The translations under genes were made by a program, and so were the position numbers. Positions 12,270-24,626 of a stretch of DNA of 64,000 bases are shown here, in pieces (the first letter of the stretch is position 1; the number at the start of each line of letters is the position of its first letter). This stretch comes from Lama guanicoe (taxonomy: Eukaryota). The notes under the pieces were generated by a model. That model did no database searches and was not told the origin of the DNA. It saw only the letters and a program-made list of their open reading frames with translations. The stretch lies in NCBI GenBank assembly GCA_013239625.1, contig MU056000.1, positions 7,415,214 to 7,479,213 of the forward strand. Direction: 5' to 3'.

Positions 12270-12904
12270 GTACCAGGAAGTATAGATTAGACCTAAGATT
12301 AGATTTACACCTAAAGGGAAACCCTACGCCCGCATCACAACTGCTGACCCCAGGGTGTGGTGAGGGGAGGTGTGGCATTTATTGCAGGCGCCCGGCCAGG
12401 AGTCCAGGCAGCTGGTGCTCAAAAGAACCAAACTCCCCCACGGCCTTCAGGGAAAGGCTTTTACAGACAGGGTGTGGGAGGGGCTTGTGGGGTCTGTGAT
12501 CAGCCCAGGGACAGTCTTCTGATTGGTTGGTGGTGAGGTCATCGCGAGTCAGCATCATCAACTTTTTGATTCTGGGGTCTGCGTGCTTGTGGGCAGCACA
12601 CAGCTACCTTCTTCTACCTGGTGGGGGTCTCAGTGTCTGCAAAACAGCTCAAAGGATGTGGCTCAGAATATTATCTTTAGTTCTTGAGAAGGTCTTTGAC
12701 TTTGTTTAATGGCTAAACTATTGCTGTTTTGTCTTGCTTGACTGTTTTCTTTGGTTTCTGAACTTCTCTCGATTCTCTGATTAAATTTGTTCTTTGCAGT
12801 TGGCTAAAGCTTTTCTACAAGCAGGCAGGTGGAGGGCGTGGAGGGGTGAGTGGGGTGGGGCACGGTCTGTCCTGGCAAGGCCCCCTGGGGTCCTGCTCGG
12901 GCGC
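12270..12904 (-). mobile_element. ERV1-type solo LTR
   Basis: Minus-strand AATAAA at 12378-12383 and CCAAT box near 12521. Shares ctgattgg.tggtggtgagg, aactcccc and the terminal ggtcctgctc with the LTRs at 6255 and 8341. Confidence 0.65.
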
Positions 12905-14539
12905 AGGTGGAGTCGCCGTCACCCGCAGGCGGGTGGCCCATGTTTCAGCCCCGATCTGGGCGGCATGCAGCTTGCTGGGCCCGGCCCCCAGGGTCTGGGT
13001 GACGGGGGTCGGGGCTTGTGCTCAGGATGCTCGCTTCAGTGAGCTCCCAGCTGATGCTGGGCTGCTGGCCTGGGGGCCTCGCTCTGAGAACTGCGCCCTT
13101 AGAGGTTCCTGTGCAGGGCGGTGGCAGGTGGCCTCTCAGCAGGCATGAGAGCTGAGGGCAGGGGTGGTTCATGGACCCGGGTGAGATGTCGTCAGAGGGA
13201 CACAGACCCATCACTAAATCACAGTGAGAATAAAGGGAAGTGACTGAGCCTTTATGTACTATTTTAACCAAAGAGAGGATGTTTGGGCTTTTAGCTGGTA
13301 GAATCAAATGATGTCCCATTTTCATCCAATTCCATGAACAGTTTTATTTATTTGATGATTTCTTAATTCTCAAAGATGTCTAGCAATCTGTGCTTACCGT
13401 GAAAAATCACTACAGAGGTATCAGTGAGAAAGAGGAAGAAACGTCCCTTTTCACTCTCCCTAATTGTCTTGTCCATTGACCACGTTCCAGCTGGTTACCG
13501 TCCCTGACCTCACTCTCTTATTTTCAGACACAGAGTGTTCACGCACCTTTTATTTACATGAATGGGATAAATCTGTAGACACTGTGATTTTAACTTCTTC
13601 ACGCAGTAGCTCTAGGAGGCTTTTCTGTGCAGCCCGGAGCACGCGCGGTGTACCCGGTTCCCGCAGCGGCACCACTGAGCGGTGGTGTGTTCACGGCACG
13701 CACCCCCTGCCACGCGTCCCGTAACTGAGGCAGTTCAATCAACTGTGGCTCATATTTCTGTACAAGGTCCTCTTTTAGAAAAAATATTTATCCAGTAGTC
13801 ACTTCATGTCCAAGGGCCATGCTCAGTGCTGGGTCTACAGGGCAGGCAAGAATTCTGTCTCCCAAATTGAAAGTCCAGTGCCTGCAAGTTTCTGAATGAG
13901 CCTGTTAGAGACAACACTGTCGTCAAGACGTTTGTGTCTGGGGGGCACGTTTCTGAACAGGGTGCACCCATCAGCATCCTGGTGCAGCGACAGGTGCACC
14001 CAGAGGGCTAGACTGAGGAGTTGGCCGGGGGACTGTGAGTGGAGGTCAGGGCAGAGCTAAGGGGTGGGCCCTGGGGTGAGAGCCCAGCGGAGGGCACCCA
14101 GGGGACCTGGGACACCCGAGCCGCAGCCCCAGGGGTGGGAGATGGATGTGGAGGCGCAGGCACACACCCGCTCCCCTCCTCACCGGCCCTGCTGAGCCCC
14201 CTGAGCCTTCGGGCCTGAGGAGCCCGGCAGGGGCGGTTGGTGAGGTCAGCCTCCAGGGCCGAAAGCAGGGCAGAAAAGGAAAGAGCGAAATGCACGGACA
14301 GATTCTCAAAACTCAGTTGCTCCATCAAAGGACACGCACACTTTAAATGTGCACATTTTCGTAGCCCCTGCCAAATGGCTCTTAGGAAAAGCGGTGCCAA
14401 TTTACACTTCCCACTATGTTCTCAAGGGTGTTCTTGTTTGGGTAAAGGGCTTTTTTCAGTGTTTGTCAACTCAAAATGGCTTTTCTTAGTACTTGCTGTT
14501 GTGTTTCCCTGATTTTATTGGAGCCCAGGATCTCTCATG

Positions 14540-14960
14540 ATGCTTTTGGGTGCAGTTTCCTGAATACCCAACAAAACAGGCTTCAACAGTGAGAAAGCTG
14601 CCTCTTCTTGCAACATGACCTGTCTGAAGGCGACAGCTGGCAGGGGAGGGGTGCTTCATTGCGTGGCCTTGTCGTGTTCTGAGCTTCTCAGAAATGCTCT
14701 TGACCTTTCTTTCCCACATGATCCCGAGATGGCCTGGCAGCTCCAAGCACCGTGGCTTCACGTTACAACGCAGGAGGTGCCAGGCAGGACGAGCAAATCC
14801 CTGCCTGTGTTATTTTCTAAGATGGGAAAACATTTCCAGAAGCCTCCAGCACAGATTTGTTTACATCTGCCGGGGTTGTGTCACACGTCCCGCCTCGAGC
14901 CCAAACAAGTTGCTGGCCAGGGCGGTGGAGTGACCTCAGCTGACTTGGTCGAGTCAGAAT
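14540..14960 (-). mobile_element. Old MLT1 (J/K-like) LTR remnant
   Basis: atgcttttgggtgcag...acccaacaaaacaggcttcaacag and downstream MLT1-like blocks; highly diverged. Confidence 0.45.
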
Positions 14961-16729
14961 CGGACCCTGCAGAATCTGTGTGGTTAAAGAAAAACTGTAA
15001 AGCGACCACGTATGTGTATCATTTGATACTGCAGCTGCCCAGCAGGGCTTTCTACAAGGCCCCCTCCGCACTTGTGAGTGTAAATTTGAATGCAAATGCC
15101 TTGATCTGCCTGTGGGGTGTTCTCTAAAAAGCCTAGCCTCCCAGGGACTTATGCATAATCGAGATACAGCCAAATCTGAACTCGGCCTTTACAATGGAGA
15201 GACTGTAAGAAACTAAAGCCTCAGATAATCCCTGAATCTCATTTAGCTGGTGATTTCAGCCGCTCTCATACGTCCCCTAACAAAAGTAAAGTAGAAAGCA
15301 AGATAACCAAAGCAATGAATTACAAGGCCAGGGATGGCCATTACGTGCTTACTCTCTCCATCTCTAGTTCTTCTTTAACAGAACGGCAGCAGCGAGGTGC
15401 ACTCAGCACACGGCAGGGGTCCTTTTGAACTGGTGATAATATCAAGTTGGTTCGTGCCAAGTAACCTCTGGTGCAGCCTTGAAACTTGCTATTCCTTGAA
15501 CTTATCTTTAAAAATGCGGAGGAGATGCCCTGAGAACCAGCCTGGCATTATTCACGCCACTTGCTGCTGGGGACGAAGTGGCAGTCAGGCTCCCAGGGGT
15601 GGCCGGCGGGCGCAGGCTGCCCAGACGAGTCCCGGCTCGTGGAGGATTTGGAGAGGGTCCCACTTCAGAAGAGAATGTATGACGTGGCCTGAGCCGGAGA
15701 TAAACACTCCCCACTGTTCGTCTTATTTTATTATTACTCCACCCGGCCAGGATTTCAGTCTGACTTCACTGTGAGGTTTATGGTTTTTCAAGAGGTGTTT
15801 TTCTTTTACCAGGTTTCTACTGTTTCAAATAAATTAGAACTTGGCAAATCTCTGAGGTTTCCTAGCCTTGCCTTTTCTTGGAAACTGCAGTTTTCGGAGT
15901 CTTTCTGACTAAGCACAGCAGTGCCACCTCCTCCAAGGCAGCTAGCCCTGCTCCTCCATCAGAGAGACGACGGCCTGCTGGACACACCCCCCTCCCCATC
16001 TGCACGTCCCCCCTCTCCTGGACGGGAAGAATCTGTTTTCTTCTGCAGCGCTAGTGAGATTTGTTATTTCCAATCAACAGTTCCCTCTACTGGCCTGCTT
16101 TGGAGAACTACACTTTGTGTACCCGGTGTCAGAAAAATCAGGTCTTGAGACAACCCTAATTCTGTAACATTTTCCCATTTTTAGAGCAGCTTGGGTTGAG
16201 TGTCTGTTTCCTTAGATTTTTAGCGCATAATTTGTACCCAGTTACATGTTGAATGAATCAGTAATTAATAATTGTGATGGCCGTGCCATCTTAGATAATG
16301 CGGGTTATGGCTTGATAATTAGCAACCTTTTTGATAAGTGAACTTTTTTCAGGGGAGAAATAAGAATCCTCCAGTCTTTTTACTTACTATGTAATTATTG
16401 AGGTTGCAGTTAGTTGGAAGTTTTGGACTTACGAACAAGGGTCGTGAGGGTTGTGGTGGCTGTGGGGATCCACAGGCACACAGAAATGTGGACCGTGCGG
16501 CATCACGGTCCAGGTGCCTAGTCCAGGCTTGGAGGGCAGATCTGCGTTGGAAGGGGTGGCTCGTCAGGTAGCTGGGTAGAAAGTCAAGGAAGGAGAATGG
16601 GACTAGGTTGTGCAGAGGCCACCAGATGATCCCAGAAAGCTTGCCGCTTGGGCAAATTAAAAAGAGAGTTGTGTGATTACAGAGTAGACCAGAAGGGCAT
16701 TGGTGCAAGAGCTGAGGGTGGAAAGCAGA

Positions 16730-17292
16730 TGTTGGGGAGGAAAAATAACCTTCCTTCTACCCTTCTGGTTCCCAACTGAGACCCCTGTAGTAACAGACTA
16801 ACGAGAAAACCAGACGTTTATAAACACCTGTACCTCATGTAAACATGGGGGACATCTGGGAAAAACAAGTAACTCAAGGAGGTGGCTTAGAACTCTGGCT
16901 TAAATGTCATCTTCCATAAAGAACAATGAATTTGTGGAGAAATGACAGGATAAACAAAAGCAGTTTGAAGAGTTTTCATCACAAAGAACAACAACCATTA
17001 TTTCTTTGGGTAGCTATATGAGATGATGGATGTTTAAACTTACTGTGGTACTATTTCAAAATACACGTAACTCAAATCATTATGTTGTACACCTTAATCT
17101 TACACAATGCTCTGTGTTAATTATACCTCAATAAAACTGGGGTAGAATAAAAAGAAAAAGGATGTTTGTCTTGCTTTTAAGCAAATGGGGAGGGAGCTTT
17201 TCTTGCATCTGCTTTTTTCAGTTGCCTTCAGCTCAAAATAATTTTTATGTCAAAGTGGCATGTTTTGGAGTGGCATATTCTGCTACCCTTCA
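16730..17292. mobile_element. MER34-like ERV1 LTR with an internal L1 3'-end insertion
   Basis: Termini tgttggggaggaaaaataa ... tggcatattctgctacccttca and near-TSD caga/aaga. Confidence 0.65.
16975..17160 (+). mobile_element. L1 3' end
   Basis: tcattatgttgtacaccttaatcttacacaatgctctgtgttaattatacctcaataaaactgg plus an A-rich tail. Confidence 0.75.
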
Positions 17293-17349
17293 AAGAGCAA
17301 GGCCAGATAAAAAGGAGATAGCTGGTAAAGAGTTGAGACTTACATAAAA

Positions 17350-18260
17350 TGTAGTAACCATGAAGGATTTTAGGTAGTAGCTGTGTTGGTCAGAAGAGTT
17401 TCTTGCTGATAGCTTGAAGAATGAATGGAAGGGCAGAAGTGGGACCAGGGAGGACATTTAGGAGAGGGGTGGACCCCAGTAAGGATGTGGTGGCCCAGCT
17501 CTGGGGTGGAAGTGGGGATGAAGAAACATGGACAGGTATGGAAAATATTTACCAAGTGGTCTTGGCAGAATTCACTGATACTTGGATGGGGAGGAGATGA
17601 GGGAAGGCTAAAGAGAAAGCCCAGATTTCTGGCTTGGGTACCCTGGTGACTGGTGGGTGTTCATCACTGAATAAAGAATGTGGGCAGGAGGAATGGGTTT
17701 GGAAGAACCATGCTTTGAATTTGATGTGTTGAGTTTGAGTTGACGGTGGGTTGCCCAAGATGAAATAGCCAGTAGACTGATACTTAGGTAAGAAAGGAAG
17801 AGAGACTGAGCTGGAGATAAGTGATCTGGAAATTTTAGGGCGATTCCCAGATCTGTGAGAGTAGATGGGGTCACCATGGGAGAGTGGATGGGATGAGATG
17901 GCGTAGTCACACATCTGAGGAACAGTGGCATTTCTGGAAGGAGAGAACAGGGGAACTCACAAAGAAAACTGAAGAGTGGCCAGAGAGATCGGAAGAAACT
18001 CAGAAGGACGGACTAGCCAGATATCTGCAGAGAGTATTTCCAAAAGGGTGGGACAGACAAGTGGGAAATGCTATGGAGATGTCTAGTAAGATGAGAGCTG
18101 ACTAGTAGCCATTGAATTTTGCCACGAGGCAGTCACTGGGTCAGATGGAAGACGGTTTCAGGAGACTGTGTGTGGGGCGGGGGTGTAAGTAGCAAGAGTG
18201 AGAGTGGATGAGTCTGGAAGTTAGACTGAAAAGGAGTCAATTGATTGATGGCCGGTGGCT
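17350..18260 (-). mobile_element. L2 LINE remnant
   Basis: Purine-rich L2-like blocks: gatttctggcttgggta, ttgaatttgatgtgttgagtttgag and gactgagctggagataagtgatctgga. Confidence 0.6.
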
Positions 18261-18299
18261 GGAACGCAAAGACAGGTCCACGGGGATTCTTGTTGGTCA

Positions 18300-18665
18300 T
18301 GCAATGGACTGAATGTTTACGTTCCCCCACCCCTTCGAATCAGATGTTGACTCCCAAACCCCAAGTGATGATATGAGGAGGTGGGGCTTTGGGGAGGTAA
18401 ATAGGTCACGAGGGTGGAGCCCTCATGAATAGAATTAGTGCTCTTGTAAAAGAGCCTCCAGAGGGTTCCATCACCCTCCACCTTGNNNNNNNNNNNNNNN
18501 NNNNNNNNNNNNNNNNNNNNNNNNNNNNNNNNNNNNNNNNNNNNNNNNNNNNNNNNNNNNNNNNNNNNNNNNNNNNNNNNNNNNNNNNNNNNNNNNNNNN
18601 NNNNNNNNNNNNNNNNNNNNNNNNNNNNNNNNCAGTAGTTTACAGCAGCCCAAGTGGACTGACAG
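18300..18665 (+). mobile_element. MLT1A/MST-like LTR spanning an N-gap
   Basis: tggactgaatgtttacgttccccc...ggaggtggggctttggggaggtaaataggtcacgagggtggagccctcatgaat; the 3' end is acagcagcccaagtggactgaca. Confidence 0.75.
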
Positions 18666-18699
18666 TCATGTTTATTTTAAGATGGGTGGCCCTTGAGCA

Positions 18700-19065
18700 C
18701 AGCTACCAGCCTCTTGCTGCACAGTAGCTCCCAAACTCTAGTTTAAAATGTTTCTAGTTGATGTATCTGTGGCTGGGCTGAGGACCAGCTGACCGAGATG
18801 GCCTCCGCTCACGTGTCTGGGGTGAGCGGGGCCCTCCAGCCGTGGCAGCTCTGCTCTGTGTGTCCTCACCCTCTTCTTGGGACCAGCGTGCCAGCCCGGG
18901 CACGTTCTTAGGCAGATAGCTGAGGCACCAGTGTCGGAAGGAGTCCCGCCGAGTGAGTGTGTGTCAACCTTCTGCCTGCAGACGTCCCATTGGCCAGCGT
19001 TCTTCTTGCAGGACTTTGAGGTCACATGGCAAAGGGCAAGGTGAAGAATTTAGACCACGAATATA
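18700..19065 (-). mobile_element. Old MLT1 LTR remnant
   Basis: gatggcctccgctcacgtgtctgg and gacgtcccattggccag are MLT1-like blocks. Confidence 0.5.
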
Positions 19066-19924
19066 ATGTGATGGGAGAGGTTGAAAAGAAAGAGGAAGTA
19101 GTTTGTAGCACAAATACATTCCTCAGATGTCACGGGGAATGGCTTTAAAGCCCCGGAGGGTGAGCAGAGATGAGCGTCTTTAAATAGGAGAGGAGTCACC
19201 TTCCTTTTCACTAGCATGGGTGTGGGTGACTGTGGGGGGTGATGGGGGAAAGTTGAGGGGGTTCCCTTCTTGCGGTTTCAGTTCTGTCTGTGAAGAGGGA
19301 GTTGCGTCATCTCCTGGGAGAGGGATTTGCTGTGAGCTGGGTGACTTAAGGGTGGGAAAGTTTGAAATTTCCCACGTGGGGTTTGGAGGAGAGTGACTCA
19401 GTGGAAATCAAGGGTGGACCTGAGGCTTCTAAGAATGCATAGACATTAACCTTTTTTCTTGAAAACCATGACAATTAACCAAAGGGTGCTTTCCTTGGCT
19501 TTGGTAACATAGGTAGATGGATAGGTAGTCAAGCGTGGCTAGCATGGGTTTCTGCCCGCATCGGCTCTTAGAGAAAATGCCACTGACCATCCAAAGCGAA
19601 GCCAGAACCCTGGGGCTGTGGTGGTACCAGGAGTCATCGTTTTCTCTTTCTGTTACTTGGCTCAGTCAGGCAGTCACCGAGGCCTGTCTGTTTATGAGTG
19701 CTTTGTGTCAGCATCTCCTCTCCATCCACCTGGCCTTCCCAGGGTCCACCCTGGTGTCCAGCCGCCATCGTCTGTGCCCACCACAGCCTCCTGGTGAGCT
19801 TCCTGCACCACTGGTGAGGTTTGTGGATGGCGTGGAGAGGCTCCACCCCCGGCAGCCAGCTGAGAATTATTGTCCCTCTGCTTCACTCTTGTCGAGTGAC
19901 CCTGAGCCTCCTTTCGTGAAATAC

Positions 19925-20370
19925 GCTTTCAGTTTTGGAACAGTTCAGACTTACAAACTGCAAAGATGTGCACAGAATCCCTGTGTTCCCCACGCCGGGC
20001 TTCCCCTGTGGTTAGGGTCTTATATTGGGAGGATACATTTGACAAAACAAACCAACCCACACTGATGCATTTTTAATATTAACTCAGGTCCGTTTTTGAT
20101 TTGGGCCTCCTCGGTTTTTTCCCAATGTCTCTCTTCTGTTCCACCATCCCAGCTAGGATCCCACGTGATGTTGAGTTGTCATGTCCCCTTAGCTCCTCTT
20201 GGCTGTGACAGTTTCTCAGACTTTTGGGGAAAACTTGTCAGGTAGTCTGTGGAGTGTCTACCTCAATTTGTGTGTGTCTCATTTTTTTGATAATTAGACT
20301 GGAGTTACAGGTTTTTCAAAGGAGGACCACAGAGGAAAGGACCACTCTTCTGACATCATATGAAGGATTT
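19925..20370 (-). mobile_element. L1MC/ME-type 3' fragment
   Basis: cagttttggaacagttcagacttaca...gttgtcatgtccccttagctcctcttggctgtgacagtttctcagactt. Confidence 0.6.
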
Positions 20371-20832
20371 TGTTAAAATAAAAAGAATATCCAATGACAC
20401 CTGTTACAGATGGTAAGGCAGACTTGATTCAGAATCGTTTCCATCGGTATAAGGACCATCGCAATGGGACTTGGCAGTGGATGAGAGAGACTGGGCTCAA
20501 CTCTGAATACAGCAAGGGCCAGTGGGGATTTATAGCCAACNNNNNNNNNNNNNNNNNNNNNNNNNNNNNNNNNNNNNNNNNNNNNNNNNNNNNNNNNNNN
20601 NNNNNNNNNNNNNNNNNNNNNNNNNNNNNNNNNNNNNNNNNNNNNNNNNNNNNNNNNNNNNNNNNNNNNNNNNNNNNNNNNNNNNNNNNNNNNNNNNNNN
20701 GGAGTGTTCTGGTTAAACTGACTTATGAGCTGGGTTCTTGCTAAAATGAGATTTTACCAGGAAGTGCATAGATGGGCCTGGGAGGAATTCAGGAGCCCAG
20801 CTAAAGTTTGATCGAGCAGAGAATCATTACCA
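20371..20832 (-). mobile_element. MER31-like LTR spanning an N-gap
   Basis: The terminal ttcaggagcccagctaaagtttgatcgagcagagaatcattacca resembles the reverse complement of the MER31 5' end. Confidence 0.65.
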
Positions 20833-21099
20833 GCACATGCTGTGGGCCTGCCTTATCCCTGTGGGCCTGGACCACCGGGCTGAGGTCGTGCTGGCCAGGC
20901 TTCTCTGCTGTAAGATGACTCCCGTCTCCCTCCTTCCTCCGGTCCGCTCTTTGGAGGGGGGGGGGTCTCTGTGCACAGCCCGAAGTTAAGGAGCGAGTTG
21001 CTGTGTTTCATCTCCTTGGGAGTAGAGCACACACCTAAATTCCTTGAAATTTTTCTGCCGGGAGATTTGTCCATCAGGCACTTTTTATACAACCCCTAT

Positions 21100-21240
21100 C
21101 TCCTGTCATTTCCACAGTGGTGAGGTTGATATTATCCCCCATTTTCCGGATGAGTCAGTAGAGACTCAGTGCAGTTGACTTACCTTCCTAGGGTCATCCA
21201 GATTTTAAGTGGTGGGTTGGAAACTTGAACTTGGGAGTTC
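21100..21240 (-). mobile_element. MIR fragment
   Basis: ttatcccccattttccggatgag...gagactcag is a MIR core in antisense. Confidence 0.6.
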
Positions 21241-23277
21241 TCAGGGCCAACTCTCTGAAGTACTGAGTTCTCCATTTACACTGCCATGGAATTACCACAC
21301 GGAAGCTAGTTCATCAAGAGTTAACTGATTCCCTGGGTCACTTGTGCCCTTCTCTTAGGCAGGTTACGGCTCATGGGGTCGGGGTGGGTGTTTGGGGGCT
21401 CAGTATGGTCAGCCCACTCTTTAAGTCCACTCTGAGGACTTCAGGAGCCAAATCCTATTCCATAAGGTCAAAATTGGACTAGAGTCAAGCTAGATTTCAG
21501 AATGCGGCACGTTTGGGTTCTGTTACACAAGGAAGGCTATATTCTCTCTAGGATCTGTCATCCAGCTAGCTAGCTGTCTCACTAAAGAAAAGGAAGGCTC
21601 ATTTTGGTTAATTGTCACGGTTTTTAAGAAGAAAGGTTAATACCTATTCATTCTTAGCAGCGTTGGGTCCACTCTTCATTTCTGTTGAACGAGGTCGTCT
21701 GCAGAATAAGCGGTATTATTCTGTCATCCTGGGAAAGACAGTGGTGCCGAGGGTGCTTCCGTGGGTCACTGACAGCTCAAGCCGGCGGTCAGAGTAGTCA
21801 GGATGGGTGGGCTGCATGCTGGTTTTTCTGACCTCAACGTAAGATGCGGGACTAATCTGTATAATGGGCTGTTAGCTTTGTGGATTGTCAACTTTCGTCT
21901 CCCACCTCTTCGCAGTGTTTAGGACATGTCAGTGCAGAGGAAATCCTGCTGAAAATTGTGAAGGACACGCTCCTTCACGATTGTAAAGAAACGGCTCTAA
22001 AAGAATTGCGATGCGTTGCACCATGACCCTGGCTTGATCTAAGTGACAGATGCCACAAAGTGTTTAGCTGGATGATGAGCCCAAAATGAAAGCCCCACCC
22101 CCACCCCGCCCACAACACACACACGGATTAGAGCAGATAAGCGGCTCTGGGGCCCCACAGCTAGCATCCGGCTACGGGGGGAGGGGGGGCTGTAGATGAC
22201 AGCAGAAGGCAAAGTGATGTGAATGAGTCAAAATGCATCAGCTGCTGCTCGAACCTGTGGGTCATGGGGCCAGAGGGTCACACCCATTTGTGTCTGGCTT
22301 GTTAACCCCGCAACACAATCACATGAGTCAGTGCTTCTCTCAGAAAGTGAGAAAGCTACATGTTTGTGTAGCTTTGAATTTTTGCGGTGAGTTTAGGAGA
22401 TGGGCTGAGGTCTGTGATGAGCAGATGACACTGCTTCTGGAAGAGTCCACATGCTAATTTTTATCACTTATTTGTAACTTGGAAGTTGATGAGAAAGATG
22501 CAGTTTTGCTGGGTGGTGTCTGGGTGCCATGCAAGGAGGGAATTTGGGTCCCTGCCTGATGGTCGTCTCGCCAGAGTGTGATGAGAGGACAGCCCTCACC
22601 CTGGGAGGACTTAAGGTGGGGCATGCATGGCACCGGCAGGAAGGGGATCGAAGGCCCAGGAGGCATCGCTGCAGCAGGGAGGGGATTCTCCGAGACGCTG
22701 GATGCTGTGCTGAGGGCCTCGGCTCCCTCGGCCTCCCAGTCTGCAGAGCAAGGTGGCCGAGCCTTGGGAGGCCCCTCGTGTCTCGGGGCTCCCCGCCCTC
22801 TGGAGGAGGCCTCACCTCCTCTGCCACGTCTCACATCGCACCCAGCACCCTTCCCGAGACCAGCCGGGAAAGGAGCCTCAGGGACCCTGGCTTCCCTGTG
22901 GGGCAGAGGCCTCCCTGCGGGGAGCAGGGAGTGCAGTGAACTGTCCACCAGCTCCGCACCAGCACCCCCGACTGTGGGTGTTTCCAAGGCACGTGCACAG
23001 GGTAGGGGTTGGGGGGAGGAGTTTGGAGCTGTATCCTCAGCATATGAGGATGGAGACTGGGCAGCCAGGCCCTCCAGCCGGGCTCAGGAGAGAACTTCTG
23101 CAGGTTGCTAAGACCCTAAAGGGTGTGTTAGCCACCACGAGAGGGGTCAGGATGGAGAAGGCAGCCAGGAGGCAGGCTGGAGGGTGCAGGGGCCAGGGTA
23201 CAGGGAAGCAGGGGAGCTCCCTCTCCCCTCCTGGTCCCAAAACAGTGAGATCTGAGCCTCCAGCTCCATGGTTTCAA

Positions 23278-23485
23278 CAGCAGTGATTCCACGCCCACAG
23301 GGGACACTCAGCAATGTCTGGAGGTGTTTTTGGTTGTCAGACCCGGGAGGGAGGGAGGGAGGGCACAGTAGCTGCCGGCATCTGGTGGATGGCGCCCAGA
23401 GGTGCTGCTGTCTGTCCTGCGGTGCCCAGGACAGCCCTACGACAAGGAACAGTGCGGCTCTGGGTGTCAGCAATGCCGGGGGCAG
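23278..23485 (+). mobile_element. MER20 (hAT) DNA transposon
   Basis: caggggacactcagcaatgtctggaggtgtttttggttgtcagac...gcatctggtggatggcgcccagaggtgctgct...aggacagccc. Confidence 0.7.
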
Positions 23486-23894
23486 AACCCTCCTCTGAGG
23501 GACTGAAGGGTCTAAGGGGAGGGTGGCGTGTCATTTCACATGAGGACTTGAGCAGTGTGGCCAGTGGGCCTCGGGCAGCGTGGATAATTGACCCAGGAGC
23601 CTCTTCCCGTGGCCCAGGGCCTTCTGTGGGAGGAGCTCTCTGCTCCATTTCGGTTTTGCATGGGCGAGGCTGGAGAATCTGGGAACACTGCTCTCACATG
23701 TGTTCTCCTTAGTCACTGCTGTCTAAGAGCACTTGGGCTTTTTGAAAAGCCTCTGGGGATGAGCAGAAAGTCAGGCCCTTTTGGAAGTGCAAGGTGATGA
23801 AGGGGAGGAATCCGTATTCTCAAATGACTGTTCTTAACTGCTTGGGTTTATGGCTGAGGGTCTGGGTAGTCATGCTGCCTGTGTTCCCTGCCTC

Positions 23895-23936
23895 TGTGTG
23901 TGTGTGTATGTGTGTGTGTGTGTGAGAGAGAGAGAG
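23895..23936. repeat. (GT)n(GA)n microsatellite
   Basis: Read directly from the sequence. Confidence 0.9.
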
Positions 23937-24485
23937 GTAAGTAGCAGGGTGGCAGCATGCACTGGCATACCGTGTTGCTATTATGATGAGATGATGTCTT
24001 TTCTCCTCCCTGAATCTCTGAAGCCCCGGAGTTCCGGGGAATGGCTCCGGGTTTCATTTCCCGTTTTGCACCTGCTTGCATTGGCATCTCCAGGGAGCTG
24101 ACAGCATCCAGGACCACCCCCCTGACCAGGCAGTGTCTGCATGGGGCTAGCTCTGCATTATCACATGCCATCCCTGTAGCATCCTTGCCCACCACGTTCC
24201 CTCTGTAACAGGTTGACAGGACAGCTGGGTTTCCAAGTGGGTTGGCAGAGGGAACAAGAAAGAACCGGAGGCAGCCACACCATGGCCGGGGTGGGCCTGT
24301 GTTTCCTGCACTCGTGAGAATTACTTCTTGCAGCCTGAGAAGCAAACACATCCGCCCCGCCCCCAGACAGGTTGGCCCCGGAGTTTGGCCATGCAACATT
24401 TCTCTCTCTCTCAGCAGGAAGGCCTCTCTGGAAGGCGCGCTGTTTGTGGAGTGTGGTTAATGCACGTGTGCAATTCTCTTCGCAG

Positions 24486-24626
24486 GACACGTCACCATCA
24501 CCAACTACTTGTTGAACTATTTCCCCGGCCTTGACCTTGAAAGGAGGAATGATTTTGGGTTCACGGCCCTGATGAAAGCCGCCATGCAGGGCCGAACGGA
24601 GTGCATCCGAGCCCTGATGCTAGCAG
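24486..24626 (+). CDS. ANKRD33B: ANKRD33B coding exon 3 (141 nt; [48 protein letters not shown])
   Basis: Acceptor ttctcttcgcag and donor GCAG|gtatgc, phase 1-1. Ankyrin motif [17 protein letters not shown]; overlaps track ORF 24509..24727. Confidence 0.95.

Noticed and set aside
22454-23716. Stack of 100-177 aa ORFs on both strands
   Set aside because: GC-rich intron with few stop codons, partly MER20; no coherent product.
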